64,000 nucleotides of DNA, taken from the IMG/VR virus record IMGVR_UViG_3300005343_000007; one strand, 5' to 3'. This DNA comes from an uncultured virus (IMG/VR IMGVR_UViG_3300005343_000007). Lineage: Duplodnaviria > Heunggongvirae > Uroviricota > Caudoviricetes. The notes below the pieces were generated by a model. The model worked only from the letters and a program-made list of their open reading frames with translations. It did no database searches and had not been told where the DNA came from. The position numbers and the translations under genes were made by a program. This document shows, in pieces, positions 1-9,413 of the stretch (its first letter is position 1; every line of letters begins with the position of its first letter).

Positions 1-1006
1 GGGCGTTAAACGCTTCTATTTCCGCTTTCTTCTCGGGGCTGGCATTTGGCGGGATTTCCTTCGGTTGCGTCCAATCGTGGCCCTTGGCAAGCCCCAACAC
101 GGTCTTTTCTACTTCCCCGCCCCATTTCTTCCAATGCTCGATGGCCTTTTCTTCCTGCTCCTTGTAGTGCGATTGGCGGTTGGCGATAAATTCGGCTTTC
201 TTGGCTTCGCGCTCCTGCGCCACGCCCTTCCATGCGAGTACCGCGTTTTCAATCTCTCGGGCCTTGAACGGATCGACTTCGCCCACCTTGTCAAGAATGT
301 GCTGTTTCCACCATTGCGCGGAGTAGCTTTGCAGCCCCGTCTTCTTCATTGCCTCGGCGGATTCATCGGGCAATCCAGCCGATTTCAGGAGGTTAAAGAT
401 TCCCGCTTCGGCCTCGCTGGTCTTCTTGTCGAATGTCTCGTTTAGCTCGCGGTCGTCGGAGAATTGGATCTTGGCGCGAAAGTCCTCCAAGTCCTTCAGC
501 TTCTTCTGCAAGGCTTCGTCTACCTTGGGGGCTTTCTCCGCTTCCTCCAGCTTTACCTGAAGTTCCGCGAGCCGTTGGCGCTCGGCTTTGACCGCCTTCC
601 GCTCCCGTTCCGCGATGGCGCGTACCTTGGCAATGTCGGATTTGATCTTCTCCGGCGTGTTCGGCTTGAGCTTGATGGCGTCAAGTTCGGCCTTTAGGTC
701 AGGATCAATTTCCTCCTCTTTGGGGGGCTCTTTGGCTTTCTCGGGCTCGGGCTGCTCTTTGGGTGTCTCTACCTTCTTTTCGGGTTCCGAGGGCGTGGCG
801 GGCTTCGTGGGCGCTTCCTTGGCCGGTTCTGGCGCTTCCTTGGGTGCCTCTTTCGGTACATCTCCTTCCGTGGGAATGGAGGAGAAATCGGGGCGCACTT
901 CGTCCTCGGTCTGGAATTGCGCGGATTGATCGCTCGCCATCGGCAAGTCGGCGGCGTCAATGTTGCCTAGGTCAAAGGCGCGGGGGGAATCAACGGGGTC
1001 GGGCAT
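1..1006 (-). CDS. Scaffolding-like protein (Pro/Glu-rich N-terminus plus coiled coil), 3' end outside the window
   Basis: ATG at 1006 (MPDPVDSPRAFDLG...PKEAPKEAPEPAKE...AERERKAVKAERQRLAEL); frame open to the window edge, so absent from the ORF track; lies downstream of the portal. Confidence 0.55.
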   Translation of the reverse strand, partial: MPDPVDSPRAFDLGNIDAADLPMASDQSAQFQTEDEVRPDFSSIPTEGDVPKEAPKEAPEPAKEAPTKPATPSEPEKKVETPKEQPEPEKAKEPPKEEEIDPDLKAELDAIKLKPNTPEKIKSDIAKVRAIAERERKAVKAERQRLAELQVKLEEAEKAPKVDEALQKKLKDLEDFRAKIQFSDDRELNETFDKKTSEAEAGIFNLLKSAGLPDESAEAMKKTGLQSYSAQWWKQHILDKVGEVDPFKAREIENAVLAWKGVAQEREAKKAEFIANRQSHYKEQEEKAIEHWKKWGGEVEKTVLGLAKGHDWTQPKEIPPNASPEKKAEIEAFNA

Positions 1007-1027
1007 AAATGCAAAATTTGTTAATTT
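1006..1027. repeat. 22-bp palindromic site 1
   Basis: TAAATGCAAAATTTGTTAATTT; spans a stop-to-ATG junction. Confidence 0.8.
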
Positions 1028-1220
1028 ACAGTGCGGGAATCTTCTGCTCCCTCAAAACATCGAGCATCTCGCTCGCAACGTCCCTCCATTTGTCATCCAC
1101 TTCGTAAATCAGGCCCGTAATCACTTGAATCTCGCACCCTGATTTAAGTTGTCTTACTCCAATAATGTGACTGGCATTCAATGCGATAGCCTCACCCGTT
1201 TTGAGCGTCAGAAGCAGCAT
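1026..1220 (-). CDS. Small hypothetical protein, FlbD-like pattern
   Basis: MLLLTLKTGEAIALNASHIIGV...GLIYEVDD resembles the FlbD-family pattern. Confidence 0.4.
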   Translation of the reverse strand: MLLLTLKTGEAIALNASHIIGVRQLKSGCEIQVITGLIYEVDDKWRDVASEMLDVLREQKIPAL

Positions 1221-1225
1221 GGCAG

Positions 1226-1474
1226 TTAGTCCTTGTTCACTTCCACGAATCCCGTAGGGGCGAAGGGATCCGACACGTCCTCCATCATCCGCTCCAATTC
1301 CTCAATCGCCAGATCGAAGCCGTCACGGGTCTTGCTGTTGATCACGGATTCCTCAAACGTCTTTCCTTCCGCCTTGGGTTTCTTACTGCGGAGGACTTCG
1401 ATGATGTGGCGGTGATCGGCGTAGAAGGTCCGCAGGGCTACGGCGTCGTCTTGCGTCCAGTTGGGTTTATTCAT
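1226..1474 (-). CDS. Hypothetical protein
   Basis: 82-aa ORF tightly packed in the minus-strand gene run. Confidence 0.6.
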   Translation of the reverse strand: MNKPNWTQDDAVALRTFYADHRHIIEVLRSKKPKAEGKTFEESVINSKTRDGFDLAIEELERMMEDVSDPFAPTGFVEVNKD

Positions 1475-1844
1475 GGAATTCGTCTTTCTGGGTAAATTGC
1501 TCGATCTTGGCTTCTAGTTCCTGAACCTTATTTTCCAAGTTCGCGATGGAAAGCGCGTTCGGGCTGCCCAATTCCTTCCGCAATTCATCCTCAAATTGAC
1601 CAATAGTTATTCCTCGGCGCTCAAGAATCCGAGCCGCAACCCCGCGCTGGCGTAGGCAAGCCAAAATCATTATTTCGGTGCCGATGTAGCTCACGCCCAC
1701 GGATTCCGCCTCATACGCCAATCCTTGAATGGCCCGTTTTACGCGGGGCGTATATGACAGCAGGGTTTGTTTAGCTTCTTCCTGGCAAACGTATTCGTGA
1801 ATTTCCCGCACAAGATCGTGCGTCGTTTTTGATGGATCGCTCAT
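1467..1844 (-). CDS. Stand-alone Clp N-terminal (Clp repeat) domain protein with C-terminal coiled coil
   Basis: YTPRVKRAIQGLAYEAESVGVSYIGTEIMILACLRQRGVAARILERRGIT matches the ClpA/B/C N-domain repeat (FTPRAK..A..EA..LG..YIGTEHLLL.L..GVAA.VL..LG). Confidence 0.75.
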   Translation of the reverse strand: MSDPSKTTHDLVREIHEYVCQEEAKQTLLSYTPRVKRAIQGLAYEAESVGVSYIGTEIMILACLRQRGVAARILERRGITIGQFEDELRKELGSPNALSIANLENKVQELEAKIEQFTQKDEFHE

Positions 1845-1853
1845 GGTTCGGGA

Positions 1854-1882
1854 ATCCTATCGTTGGGATTCCGCTAGGGCAA
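1854..1882 (-). promoter_or_regulatory. Sigma-70-like promoter
   Basis: TTGCCC-17nt-TAGGAT, 9 nt before ATGAGC at 1844. Confidence 0.5.
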
Positions 1883-2030
1883 GCAGAAAAGGAGAGGGTT
1901 CCTCATCCGATAATTGACAAATTTTGCATTTATCGTGCGCGGCCTCCCATGCGGCCCGTGCGGCGGCTTCTTGGGTTCCGTATTCCTCGCGGCAGCCCTT
2001 TAGTTCCCACCATGCGTCAAAGTCACTCAT
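1857..2030 (-). CDS. 57-aa hypothetical protein (below the ORF-track cutoff)
   Basis: MSDFDAWWELKGCREEYGTQEAAARAAWEAAHDKCKICQLSDEE...; reads through the 1911 palindrome. Confidence 0.45.
   Translation of the reverse strand: MSDFDAWWELKGCREEYGTQEAAARAAWEAAHDKCKICQLSDEEPSPFLLALAESQR
1911..1932. repeat. 22-bp palindromic site 2
   Basis: TAATTGACAAATTTTGCATTTA. Confidence 0.85.
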
Positions 2031-2132
2031 AAATCCGTCTCGTGAGCGGAAATACAGGCTTCAAGCTTGGCTTGCCAAAGGGCAACACGGGCGGATCGCA
2101 AAGGCCGCAGATCGAGATCAACAAGGCGGCGA

Positions 2133-4637
2133 TCATTGCTTGGGGTTCGGCTGTTCTGCCATGCGTTGCGCTTCCAGTTGAATCTTCGCCACTTCCAAGC
2201 CTGATTTCATCAAGTCCTGATCGTTCTTCTCGGCGTTGGTCCGCATATTCGCTGCGTGCTGTTGCGCCTGAAGCTTTAGTTCCTGCTCGTGTAGATCGGC
2301 CTCGCGGTTACGAACGGCCAGTTCGGCGGTATCGGTCAGCGCGGAGAGGACTTCGGGCGGCGGCATTCCGTTGCCGTTCGGACCATTCGGCACCGGCAGG
2401 TTTTCGGGGCTGATACCGCCGTTGGCAAGTTGCTGTTCCTCCATCGCCTTTTGCGCGGTAGTTATGATCTTGCCGAAATCCTGAATCATTTTGGTTTCAA
2501 TCTGAAGCTGTTGCTTGTTGTCCTGTAATTCAAGATCGGCCTGGACGTGCGCGGCGTAGTGCTGGCGCATCAAGTCTGCCGTTCCCGCCAATTGTGGCGT
2601 AGGTGCGGCTTGCAGAGCCTTGGCAAGCGTGCCCATCGGCTTTGCCATTACCTCGCGGTGAATGGCGTGATTGTCGCGCGGGCTCACCGGCATCATGGTG
2701 CCGTCAAAGAATTCGCCATTCTCGACCGTCTGCTTCCAGACCGCTTCCGCTTTAATGGTCTGATCCATTTCCTCGTCAATAATGAGGCGGTGCAATCTAT
2801 CCTGCGGCACCTTCATCGCCTCACCGGCAATCCAAGTGGCCTCGTCTTTATTGATGCGGGGGTTTTGTATTTGCTGGTTGGCCGCGATGAAGTCCAGCGT
2901 GGCCCGGTCGGCATCGTCGGTGGCACTAAGGAGCCCCGCATCGGTCGCGGGCTGATTTGCGAGGTAGGCAATTTCCTCTGGCGTTAAGCCGTCGTTCAGC
3001 ATCTTCACCACGCACTCCACGGCCTCACGATCCGCGATCTTGGATTCGTAGGCAGACTCCACGGGGTTCTTCTGGTCGTTCGTGCCGCTGCCCACGGCTT
3101 TCTTGATCCAATCGAAGATTTGCTTGGCGACTACGCGGATTCCTTCCTTCTCTTTTTTCTTCCGCTCCTCCTGCACCTTGACGGCCTCGCGGATGACGAT
3201 GGGCGAACAAATCTTGCGCTGCATGATCCCGATGCACTCGCCCCATTGCTTGAAATTCCGCCCTAGTACGCCCTGACTGATCTTCTGCCGTGCCGCTGCC
3301 CGCTCGGCGTCCGCGATCTTGGTTGAGGGGGTTTGCTCGCGCACAATCTGCGGCGGGATGAAAGCCCCGGCGATGTCTTCCGCCGTCTCGCGCAAGGCTC
3401 CCCGGATGGCGAGGAATTCGGTGGGTTTGAATTGGATGGTTAATTTAGTAGGTTTGAACGTCTCATCCACCACCATGAAGGGATGAACGTGAACGGGCTT
3501 CATCTTGTTCAGATCCTTGGTAGGTGCCTGGAAGATCGGCATTCCTGACCATGTAAACATATCCAGCGCCATACAAAACGTCCGCTCGGCGGCGATATGG
3601 ATATTCACCAGTTGCCTGCCCTGTCCCTTTGATCCATAGAGCTTCCCGTTGCCCCGTTGCAACGTAAAGAGCATGGTGGCTTCTTCGATGCTCGGGTGTA
3701 GTTCCTCTACGTGCCTTAGCTCCCGCCCTTCGTTGCCATCCACCGTCCATAGTTCCACGGTGCCGTCATATTCCTGTACCACCAGATGATAAAGGCGGAT
3801 GGTCTTTGCGGTGCCGCCTGCGCCGTAGTTGTTCGCGTAAGCCCCCTCGCGAATATTGTCCACCTTATCCAATTCCGTTTCCTCCGATTTGCCCTGGGCC
3901 TTGTTGACGATGTAAACGCAATTCTTGATGTTGTACCCTGCTTCTTCGGCCTTATCCTCGCCAAAGCGTTCGATGAATTCGTGAACCATCAAATACTCCT
4001 CTACCGCGAAGTAGGGGACGCCCTTGCTGTTTTGCTTGGTGCCCTTGGGGAAGAAGATTTGATCGGAGCGGTAAAGCGTGGGTCGCCATTCGACCTCGCT
4101 TGAATCCAGCCATGCCGGGGTGGCATATCCGATTAGCGTATTTTCCCCGATGCTATCGGCCACGAAATCCGACCAACAAGGATCGGCGCGAATCGTGTCG
4201 CTTAGGTGCTTGCGGAATAGCTTGTTCTTTCGGGAGGCATCCGGCCAATCATCCGGCAGTTTGGAATAGGTGAGATATTCAACACGGTTGATCGCGTCCC
4301 GAAACTGCGGCTCAGTTCGGTCGGTAATGCCCGAAAGAAAGAAGTGGGTGAAGTTGTTCCGGTATCCCTGATTCGCCCGCTTGAGCAGCATCGAATTGAA
4401 CGGCGCTTCGCCCCCGTGCTTCGCGTAGATGGTCGCGTTCATCGGAATGCGGTTCTCTTCCGCTTCCTTCTTGAGCCCCTTGCAAATCTGCCACGCTTGG
4501 TCCGCCGTGGTCACCGCCTTGACCGTGGGCTTGCCCTTGCTGTCCAGTTGCGGGTTATTGAGCCGTGAGGAATCTTTGGGCTGATCCTCGGGTTTTACCT
4601 TCGGATCGGGGGGCGCTACGGTTTCGGCGGCTGGCAT
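2133..4637 (-). CDS. Portal protein (podovirus-type, long helical C-terminal tail)
   Basis: 834 aa; size, GKLYGSKGQGRQL segment, Q/A-rich C-terminal helix, position upstream of the scaffold-like gene. Confidence 0.65.
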   Translation of the reverse strand: MPAAETVAPPDPKVKPEDQPKDSSRLNNPQLDSKGKPTVKAVTTADQAWQICKGLKKEAEENRIPMNATIYAKHGGEAPFNSMLLKRANQGYRNNFTHFFLSGITDRTEPQFRDAINRVEYLTYSKLPDDWPDASRKNKLFRKHLSDTIRADPCWSDFVADSIGENTLIGYATPAWLDSSEVEWRPTLYRSDQIFFPKGTKQNSKGVPYFAVEEYLMVHEFIERFGEDKAEEAGYNIKNCVYIVNKAQGKSEETELDKVDNIREGAYANNYGAGGTAKTIRLYHLVVQEYDGTVELWTVDGNEGRELRHVEELHPSIEEATMLFTLQRGNGKLYGSKGQGRQLVNIHIAAERTFCMALDMFTWSGMPIFQAPTKDLNKMKPVHVHPFMVVDETFKPTKLTIQFKPTEFLAIRGALRETAEDIAGAFIPPQIVREQTPSTKIADAERAAARQKISQGVLGRNFKQWGECIGIMQRKICSPIVIREAVKVQEERKKKEKEGIRVVAKQIFDWIKKAVGSGTNDQKNPVESAYESKIADREAVECVVKMLNDGLTPEEIAYLANQPATDAGLLSATDDADRATLDFIAANQQIQNPRINKDEATWIAGEAMKVPQDRLHRLIIDEEMDQTIKAEAVWKQTVENGEFFDGTMMPVSPRDNHAIHREVMAKPMGTLAKALQAAPTPQLAGTADLMRQHYAAHVQADLELQDNKQQLQIETKMIQDFGKIITTAQKAMEEQQLANGGISPENLPVPNGPNGNGMPPPEVLSALTDTAELAVRNREADLHEQELKLQAQQHAANMRTNAEKNDQDLMKSGLEVAKIQLEAQRMAEQPNPKQ

Positions 4638-4656
4638 AAATTGTCCTTATACGCGG

Positions 4657-5058
4657 CTATGGTCGCTTTGGCAATGCGTCTCTGAATTCTTCAAAGTGAA
4701 GCAATTCCCCCACGATGACCCGCGAGACGGCCTTGGTGATCGCTTCCCAGATTCGTTCTTTGACGGCCTCGATCCGCTCAAACATCATATCGCCCAGCGG
4801 GATCGTGATCTTAATTTCCTGGCCGTTTAGGAGAAAGCGGGCGATGGCCGTGGTTTCCATGCGCATACTATCCCGCGTCACGTAAACCTCGCCCTTCAGG
4901 GTGTTATTTTCCAGCTTCGTGTAACCGATGATTTTGTTTAGCGCCGCTTCCTCCATTTCCTTGAGTAAGCGCACGGATTCATCGGTGGGCGCGCGGTGCT
5001 CGTGGGTTTCGTGGTAATGACTTGTTCCTCCGGTTCTTATGCTTATTGCGTCAAACAT
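4657..5058 (-). CDS. Hypothetical phage protein
   Basis: 133-aa ORF (HEHRAPTDESVRLLKEMEE). Confidence 0.65.
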   Translation of the reverse strand: MFDAISIRTGGTSHYHETHEHRAPTDESVRLLKEMEEAALNKIIGYTKLENNTLKGEVYVTRDSMRMETTAIARFLLNGQEIKITIPLGDMMFERIEAVKERIWEAITKAVSRVIVGELLHFEEFRDALPKRP

Positions 5059-5074
5059 GGCATCATTTTTGCTT
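5058..5074 (+). promoter_or_regulatory. Sigma-54-like -24/-12 element (antisense)
   Basis: TGGCATCATTTTTGCTT. Confidence 0.6.
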
Positions 5075-5088
5075 TGGTCACGGCCTGA

Positions 5089-5110
5089 TAATTGACAAAT
5101 TTGCTAATTA
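5089..5110. repeat. 22-bp palindromic site 3
   Basis: TAATTGACAAATTTGCTAATTA, extended by CTGA/TCAG. Confidence 0.95.
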
Positions 5111-5248
5111 TCAGTGAATTGAGAGGCGTACCACCCAAGCGTGCTTCCGCCATCGTAGCTGGCGCACGGCCATGGATAACCGCGAGAACGATACCACGCC
5201 TCTATTTCGCGCATCGTCAAATGACTAGGAAAGAAAACGGTGATCAAT

Positions 5249-5548
5249 TTATTTACTCTCCTTGGTGAAAGCCTGATTGAAGCAGATCGCCCCAGCGGAG
5301 AACGCCAGCCAGTAAAGCGGGGTTTCGATGGGCTCGATCATCCCGCGATACCAAAAGAAAGCCGTCACGGGCGCGCTCATCCAGACCGAAGCGCACCACA
5401 AGCAGCGAATCCCCTCGTGCGCCGATGATTTCTTGCTTGGAAGGTTGCGGAGCTTGCGGAATATCCAGGCGGGGCCGTCCTCGCGTGTCAGCAAGAGCGC
5501 AAGGCGAAACGTCGCGAGGCATCCAAGAATGAAGTAGAACCAAGTCAT
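5249..5548 (-). CDS. DUF1360-like membrane protein
   Basis: LATFRLALLLTREDGP..IFRKLR...CLWCASVW motif and hydrophobic segments. Confidence 0.65.
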   Translation of the reverse strand: MTWFYFILGCLATFRLALLLTREDGPAWIFRKLRNLPSKKSSAHEGIRCLWCASVWMSAPVTAFFWYRGMIEPIETPLYWLAFSAGAICFNQAFTKESK

Positions 5549-5687
5549 CCAGCAATCTCCATTGGCATAGCATCGTATCTAAACGGCGCATTTGGCGATG
5601 CGATTTTGGCGAATCCGCCAAGTTGCATGAGTGAATGCGCATCGGCCAGATTGGCCCATCGAATCCAATTGTTTATTTCTGCTTCGG

Positions 5688-6299
5688 TCATCGGATGGGG
5701 AGCCAACAATAAGCCGGTGCGGATTCTTTCTTCTCGGGCAGTTCCTCTTGATCCAGTAGAACCGCCGCTTGCAAGGCGAGATTGTGGAGACGGCAGGCGC
5801 GAAGCTTCTTATCCATCTGAAACTCTGTGCGCTGCCGTACCATATTGACCCGATAATCAATATCGCTGTTGCACTCGCCGCAGCTGGTACGCCATGGGAT
5901 GTTCTGCGGACATTGGGCGCAAATCTCCCCTCGGCGCACGGCCTCGAATTGATCGGTGAGCTTGGAAATCTTGCCCTGCTTGCTCACCAGCCATTCCTTG
6001 ATGCGCTCGATCAGCGGGGTAATGGGCTTGGCCTTGGGCTCCGAGTGGACGAGTTGCGCCGCGTGGCGGCGAAAGCGGTCGTTCTGAGGGCTAACTCGCT
6101 TGATGAATTCGGCCACATCCTGCTCGATGTTGCCCACGGCTACTCCTCTATCCAGGCGGTGCCGGAGGATCTTCTTGCACAAGCTCTCGGGTGAATCGGC
6201 GTAGATTATCTCCTCTAGTCCTTCCTGTTGATAGTGCCACTGCCCTCCTCCTCCGTGGGGGAGAATTCCGGTGCTTACTCCGTAGTCTTCGAGGCTCAT
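5688..6299 (-). CDS. Cys-rich hypothetical protein
   Basis: 203 aa with CxxC pairs and a YCW C-terminus. Confidence 0.65.
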   Translation of the reverse strand: MSLEDYGVSTGILPHGGGGQWHYQQEGLEEIIYADSPESLCKKILRHRLDRGVAVGNIEQDVAEFIKRVSPQNDRFRRHAAQLVHSEPKAKPITPLIERIKEWLVSKQGKISKLTDQFEAVRRGEICAQCPQNIPWRTSCGECNSDIDYRVNMVRQRTEFQMDKKLRACRLHNLALQAAVLLDQEELPEKKESAPAYCWLPIR

Positions 6300-6475
6300 T
6301 GCGCTAGCAATACTCCTCCCCAGATTACAAATCCAATGAATACCACAGCCTCTGCCGCTATCATGCCCGGCCCCTTCTCTGTAATTATCGGGAAATGATC
6401 TTTGGTTAAAGTGACAACCCTTCCGATCAGTTCCAATGAGAACATTGCCACGATTGTAATCAGGTATGCCTTCAT
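6296..6475 (-). CDS. Small two-TM membrane protein
   Basis: MKAYLITIVAMFSLE...; ATGA overlaps at both ends. Confidence 0.55.
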   Translation of the reverse strand: MKAYLITIVAMFSLELIGRVVTLTKDHFPIITEKGPGMIAAEAVVFIGFVIWGGVLLAQ

Positions 6476-6672
6476 GCGATTTCCTCTTCGTATTCCTTCA
6501 CCTGAAACGCAAGTTCCTCCTCGTCGTGCCGTGATCTCGGGGCACCGCAAATATCGCAGGTATCGCGGTATCCGTTGCGCAGCTTGAAGAAGTGTTGGCA
6601 AGGATTGCACTCGCATGGGTTTCCGCCGCAACCATCGTCGCGGGTGCATTGGCGTGGATCAATGGGTTTCAT
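6472..6672 (-). CDS. Small Cys-rich protein
   Basis: MKPIDPRQCTRDDGCGGNPCECNPC...; ATGA overlaps. Confidence 0.5.
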   Translation of the reverse strand: MKPIDPRQCTRDDGCGGNPCECNPCQHFFKLRNGYRDTCDICGAPRSRHDEEELAFQVKEYEEEIA

Positions 6673-6851
6673 GGGAATAGAAATCGGACGATGCGGCAGC
6701 CGTACCAAATGAGTATCCATGCAATCCAGAACACGGGTGCAACCAATGGGCTTGGAGTCGAGGGCCACGCGATCCAGAAAAGCAGCCCCGCGCTTGCGAA
6801 GCACGTCGCAGCGGCCACGGAACCAAGTGCAAAGATCATTCGCTCAGTCAT
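6669..6851 (-). CDS. Small membrane protein
   Basis: 60 aa with two hydrophobic segments. Confidence 0.5.
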   Translation of the reverse strand: MTERMIFALGSVAAATCFASAGLLFWIAWPSTPSPLVAPVFWIAWILIWYGCRIVRFLFP

Positions 6852-7041
6852 GGCCTAAAATGTTCCGAATGGCTTTCTGAGTCACGGGATTAACTCGTTG
6901 ATAAAGCATTGCCGCCATTTCATCGGGAATTCCATTGTCAGCGAGCAATCGCGTTTCGTCAGCCGCGTGCTGGCATTCCAGATTCGCCTCCTCCATGGCG
7001 ATTTCTTCCAATTCTTCCGTGGTGAGAGTGGATGCGTTCAT
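6844..7041 (-). CDS. Hypothetical protein
   Basis: MNASTLTT...; the ATG overlaps the end of the 7041 palindrome. Confidence 0.55.
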   Translation of the reverse strand: MNASTLTTEELEEIAMEEANLECQHAADETRLLADNGIPDEMAAMLYQRVNPVTQKAIRNILGHD

Positions 7042-7062
7042 AATTAGCAAATTTGTTAATTA
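7041..7062. repeat. 22-bp palindromic site 4
   Basis: TAATTAGCAAATTTGTTAATTA; runs from the ssb stop to the next ATG. Confidence 0.95.
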
Positions 7063-7536
7063 TTCATCAATGTCACCCCCGCCGTCCCAATCGGGATCGT
7101 CGCTCGGATCAGGGTCGGACGGCTTTGGGGCGCGCTTGGGTGGCTGCTTGCGCTGCGTTCTGGGTTCGGCGTCCTCCTGCTCATCCTCGGAGCCTCGGCG
7201 GGGATTTGGTAGCAAGGTCAGCTTTTCCACCACAAACTTGACCTTGGATCGCTTGGCTCCCGTGGCTCTATCCTCCCACGAATCCAGCTTCGCGCGGCAG
7301 CGGAAGTGGGCAAGCCTGCCTTTCTTCAGGTACTCGGCGGCAATCTCGGCTGTTTTACCCCACGCTTCAAGATCAAGAAAGGTGACGTTCTCTCGCTTCT
7401 GGCCGGTGTCGTCCGTCCAGACATCATTGATCGCAAGCCCTATTTGGGCGACGGCTTTGCCTTTCGGCGTGTAGGAAATATCGGGATCGCGGGTGCAATT
7501 CCCAAGGAAGAAACATTCATTAACGGATGCGCTCAT
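7060..7536 (-). CDS. ssb: Single-stranded DNA-binding protein
   Basis: SVNECFFLGNCTRDPDISYTPKG...TFLDLEAWGKTAEIAAEYLKKG...; acidic tail. Confidence 0.92.
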   Translation of the reverse strand: MSASVNECFFLGNCTRDPDISYTPKGKAVAQIGLAINDVWTDDTGQKRENVTFLDLEAWGKTAEIAAEYLKKGRLAHFRCRAKLDSWEDRATGAKRSKVKFVVEKLTLLPNPRRGSEDEQEDAEPRTQRKQPPKRAPKPSDPDPSDDPDWDGGGDIDE

Positions 7537-7545
7537 GGTTTTAGT

Positions 7546-7574
7546 ATTGAATCAGAACGATGGAATTGGAACAA
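7546..7574 (-). promoter_or_regulatory. Sigma-70-like promoter of ssb
   Basis: TTGTTC-17nt-TTCAAT, 9 nt before ATGAGC; degenerate palindrome (7579-7600) 4 nt upstream of the -35. Confidence 0.45.
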
Positions 7575-7576
7575 GG

Positions 7577-8200
7577 TTAAATTGAAGAATTTGTTAATTT
7601 CGCGAGCTCGCCCTTCACGCGCTCCAACTCTGCGCGGACGGCGTCGCGCTCGGCTCTGTACTCCACGACCTGCTCGGCGTAAGGGGAGAGTTCGTTCATT
7701 TCAACGAAGCTATGCCCATCGTAGCCGGTGTGATCGGAGATGCGTTGGCCGCAGTGGCAGACGGCTTCATTCCGCTTCGCCTCCTCCTTCGTCTTGGCGT
7801 GGGCGGCGCGCTCTTCGTCCCGGCTGTCACGCCATTGAAGCGCCTGCGTCTCCCATTGACCGGCCCGCTCTTCGGACGCTCGGACGGCGGTGGCGTGCTT
7901 TCCGACAATCTCAGACGCGCTACTTCCAAAGACGAGGAAACTCTTGGCTCCAATAACTATCTGACTGTAGCCGTTTTGCAGGGTTGATGCTGACCATTCC
8001 TCCCTCGCGACATCGACCGGAGCGGCGGGCTGGGGAGAGGCCTTATCCATCCCATTTCGTATGGCTGACACTACTTCCTCCCCGACCGTCTGAGCGGGCG
8101 CTGGGGCGGGATACGGTGTCTCGTCGGGCGATGCTCCACCAAAGCAACGAACAGACTTCTTCTCCTGCTCTGGCGGCAGGTTGCGGGCTTGGTCGTTCAT
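7577..8200 (-). CDS. Hypothetical coiled-coil protein
   Basis: MNDQARN...; ATGA overlap with the upstream ORF. Confidence 0.55.
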   Translation of the reverse strand: MNDQARNLPPEQEKKSVRCFGGASPDETPYPAPAPAQTVGEEVVSAIRNGMDKASPQPAAPVDVAREEWSASTLQNGYSQIVIGAKSFLVFGSSASEIVGKHATAVRASEERAGQWETQALQWRDSRDEERAAHAKTKEEAKRNEAVCHCGQRISDHTGYDGHSFVEMNELSPYAEQVVEYRAERDAVRAELERVKGELAKLTNSSI

Positions 8201-8436
8201 TTCCATCTCCTTTGTGAAAGTTCGAGCGAATGAATATTGGCGCACCGCACGCTCACTCGCTTTCCGTGCTTCTTGCCCCACTCGACTTCAACCTCTGCCG
8301 CCTCTTTCGAGTCGTAGAAGTTTCCGGTGTCTTCCTCCTGCCCATCGAATCGGACAGTGGTGTAATAGATTACAGGAGCGGCGCGAAAGTCCTTCTGCCA
8401 CGACATCAGGTCAGTTATCCGGTTGTGCTCGCTCAT
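8197..8436 (-). CDS. Hypothetical protein
   Basis: MSEHNRITD...; CCATGAGC start context, ATGA overlaps. Confidence 0.55.
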   Translation of the reverse strand: MSEHNRITDLMSWQKDFRAAPVIYYTTVRFDGQEEDTGNFYDSKEAAEVEVEWGKKHGKRVSVRCANIHSLELSQRRWK

Positions 8437-9104
8437 GGCTTTGCTCCTTTGAGGGTGGCGAATGCCGCGCAAATCTGGTCGTGTGCATCGAGGATGGTCG
8501 AAAGGGACGCCCCGTTGGCCGTGTAATACTGCCGCGCCAAGTCCCATATGTGGGCCGGGTCGAATGTCGGCAGCGCCTTCTCCAGCGCGTCGCAGTGGGC
8601 TTCTAACTCCTGCTTGGCCGACAGGGCGGCGTCTCGCTCGGCTCTGTATTTAGAGCAATAGTCGTCGCCCTGCATCGCGGTCTTGATGATTTTCGAATTT
8701 GCCTCATCCCGTTCCTTCCGGGCGGCGGCGAGGTCGGCGGTGAGCTTCTCCACTTTCACTTCCATGCCGATCCCTGCGGACCATTCGCGGGACATTCGCA
8801 TGAAGTCCGAGTCCTCAGTCCAATCGTGAGCTAGGTACGGCTCCGGCCTATCGCTGCTCTTCATCATGCCGAACCGAAGGCCCATAGAGTGAACGTATTC
8901 GAGCTTCTCTTTCGCCTGCGCCAACTCGGCGCGAAGGGCGGCGCCTGCGCGGGTGTTCCAGTCGGCCTCCAACATCCAAGCGATGCCGCAATCATGACAG
9001 CGACAGAATCGCCCCTTCTTGTCGCTTCGCATGGTCTGTGGTGGCATCCCGCAGAATGGGCAACTCAGCAACTCGCCCGGCTGATCGGCTGGGTTCATGC
9101 TCAT
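8433..9104 (-). CDS. Lar-like zinc-finger protein with coiled-coil extension
   Basis: LLSCPFCG...CRCHDCG...WNTRA pattern; likely start at 9104. Confidence 0.55.
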   Translation of the reverse strand: MSMNPADQPGELLSCPFCGMPPQTMRSDKKGRFCRCHDCGIAWMLEADWNTRAGAALRAELAQAKEKLEYVHSMGLRFGMMKSSDRPEPYLAHDWTEDSDFMRMSREWSAGIGMEVKVEKLTADLAAARKERDEANSKIIKTAMQGDDYCSKYRAERDAALSAKQELEAHCDALEKALPTFDPAHIWDLARQYYTANGASLSTILDAHDQICAAFATLKGAKP

Positions 9105-9125
9105 AATTAGCAAATTTGTCAATTT
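9104..9125. repeat. 22-bp palindromic site 5
   Basis: TAATTAGCAAATTTGTCAATTT. Confidence 0.95.
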
Positions 9126-9396
9126 ACCACTCGCATTGCCCTTGCGAGAGCGCGATGGCCGCGCCTTCCTTTTTGATTTCGCGGGCTTTCTGCATCGCCA
9201 GGTATTGCAGATCGTAGAGTTGATCCACGTCGAGCTTTCCCCGCAGGTTGCGTCCGTCAAGGTCGGTGATGTTGGACAGTTCGATTCTCTCCTGCCGTCC
9301 GTCGTGGTAGGTGAAGTCTGCAAAAACTTCCACTTCTTCACCGTCAATCAGGAAGGGGACGGCTTCTATTTCGTCTTGGATGGTGTGGGTGCTCAT
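9124..9396 (-). CDS. Hypothetical acidic protein
   Basis: 90-aa ORF, CCATGAGC start. Confidence 0.6.
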   Translation of the reverse strand: MSTHTIQDEIEAVPFLIDGEEVEVFADFTYHDGRQERIELSNITDLDGRNLRGKLDVDQLYDLQYLAMQKAREIKKEGAAIALSQGQCEW

Positions 9397-9413
9397 GGAT
9401 TTTTATGGAGAGA

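Noticed and set aside
4632..4648. Sigma-54-like element at the portal start (TGGCATAAATTGTCCTT)
   Set aside because: The -12 GC is replaced by CC and no full palindrome follows
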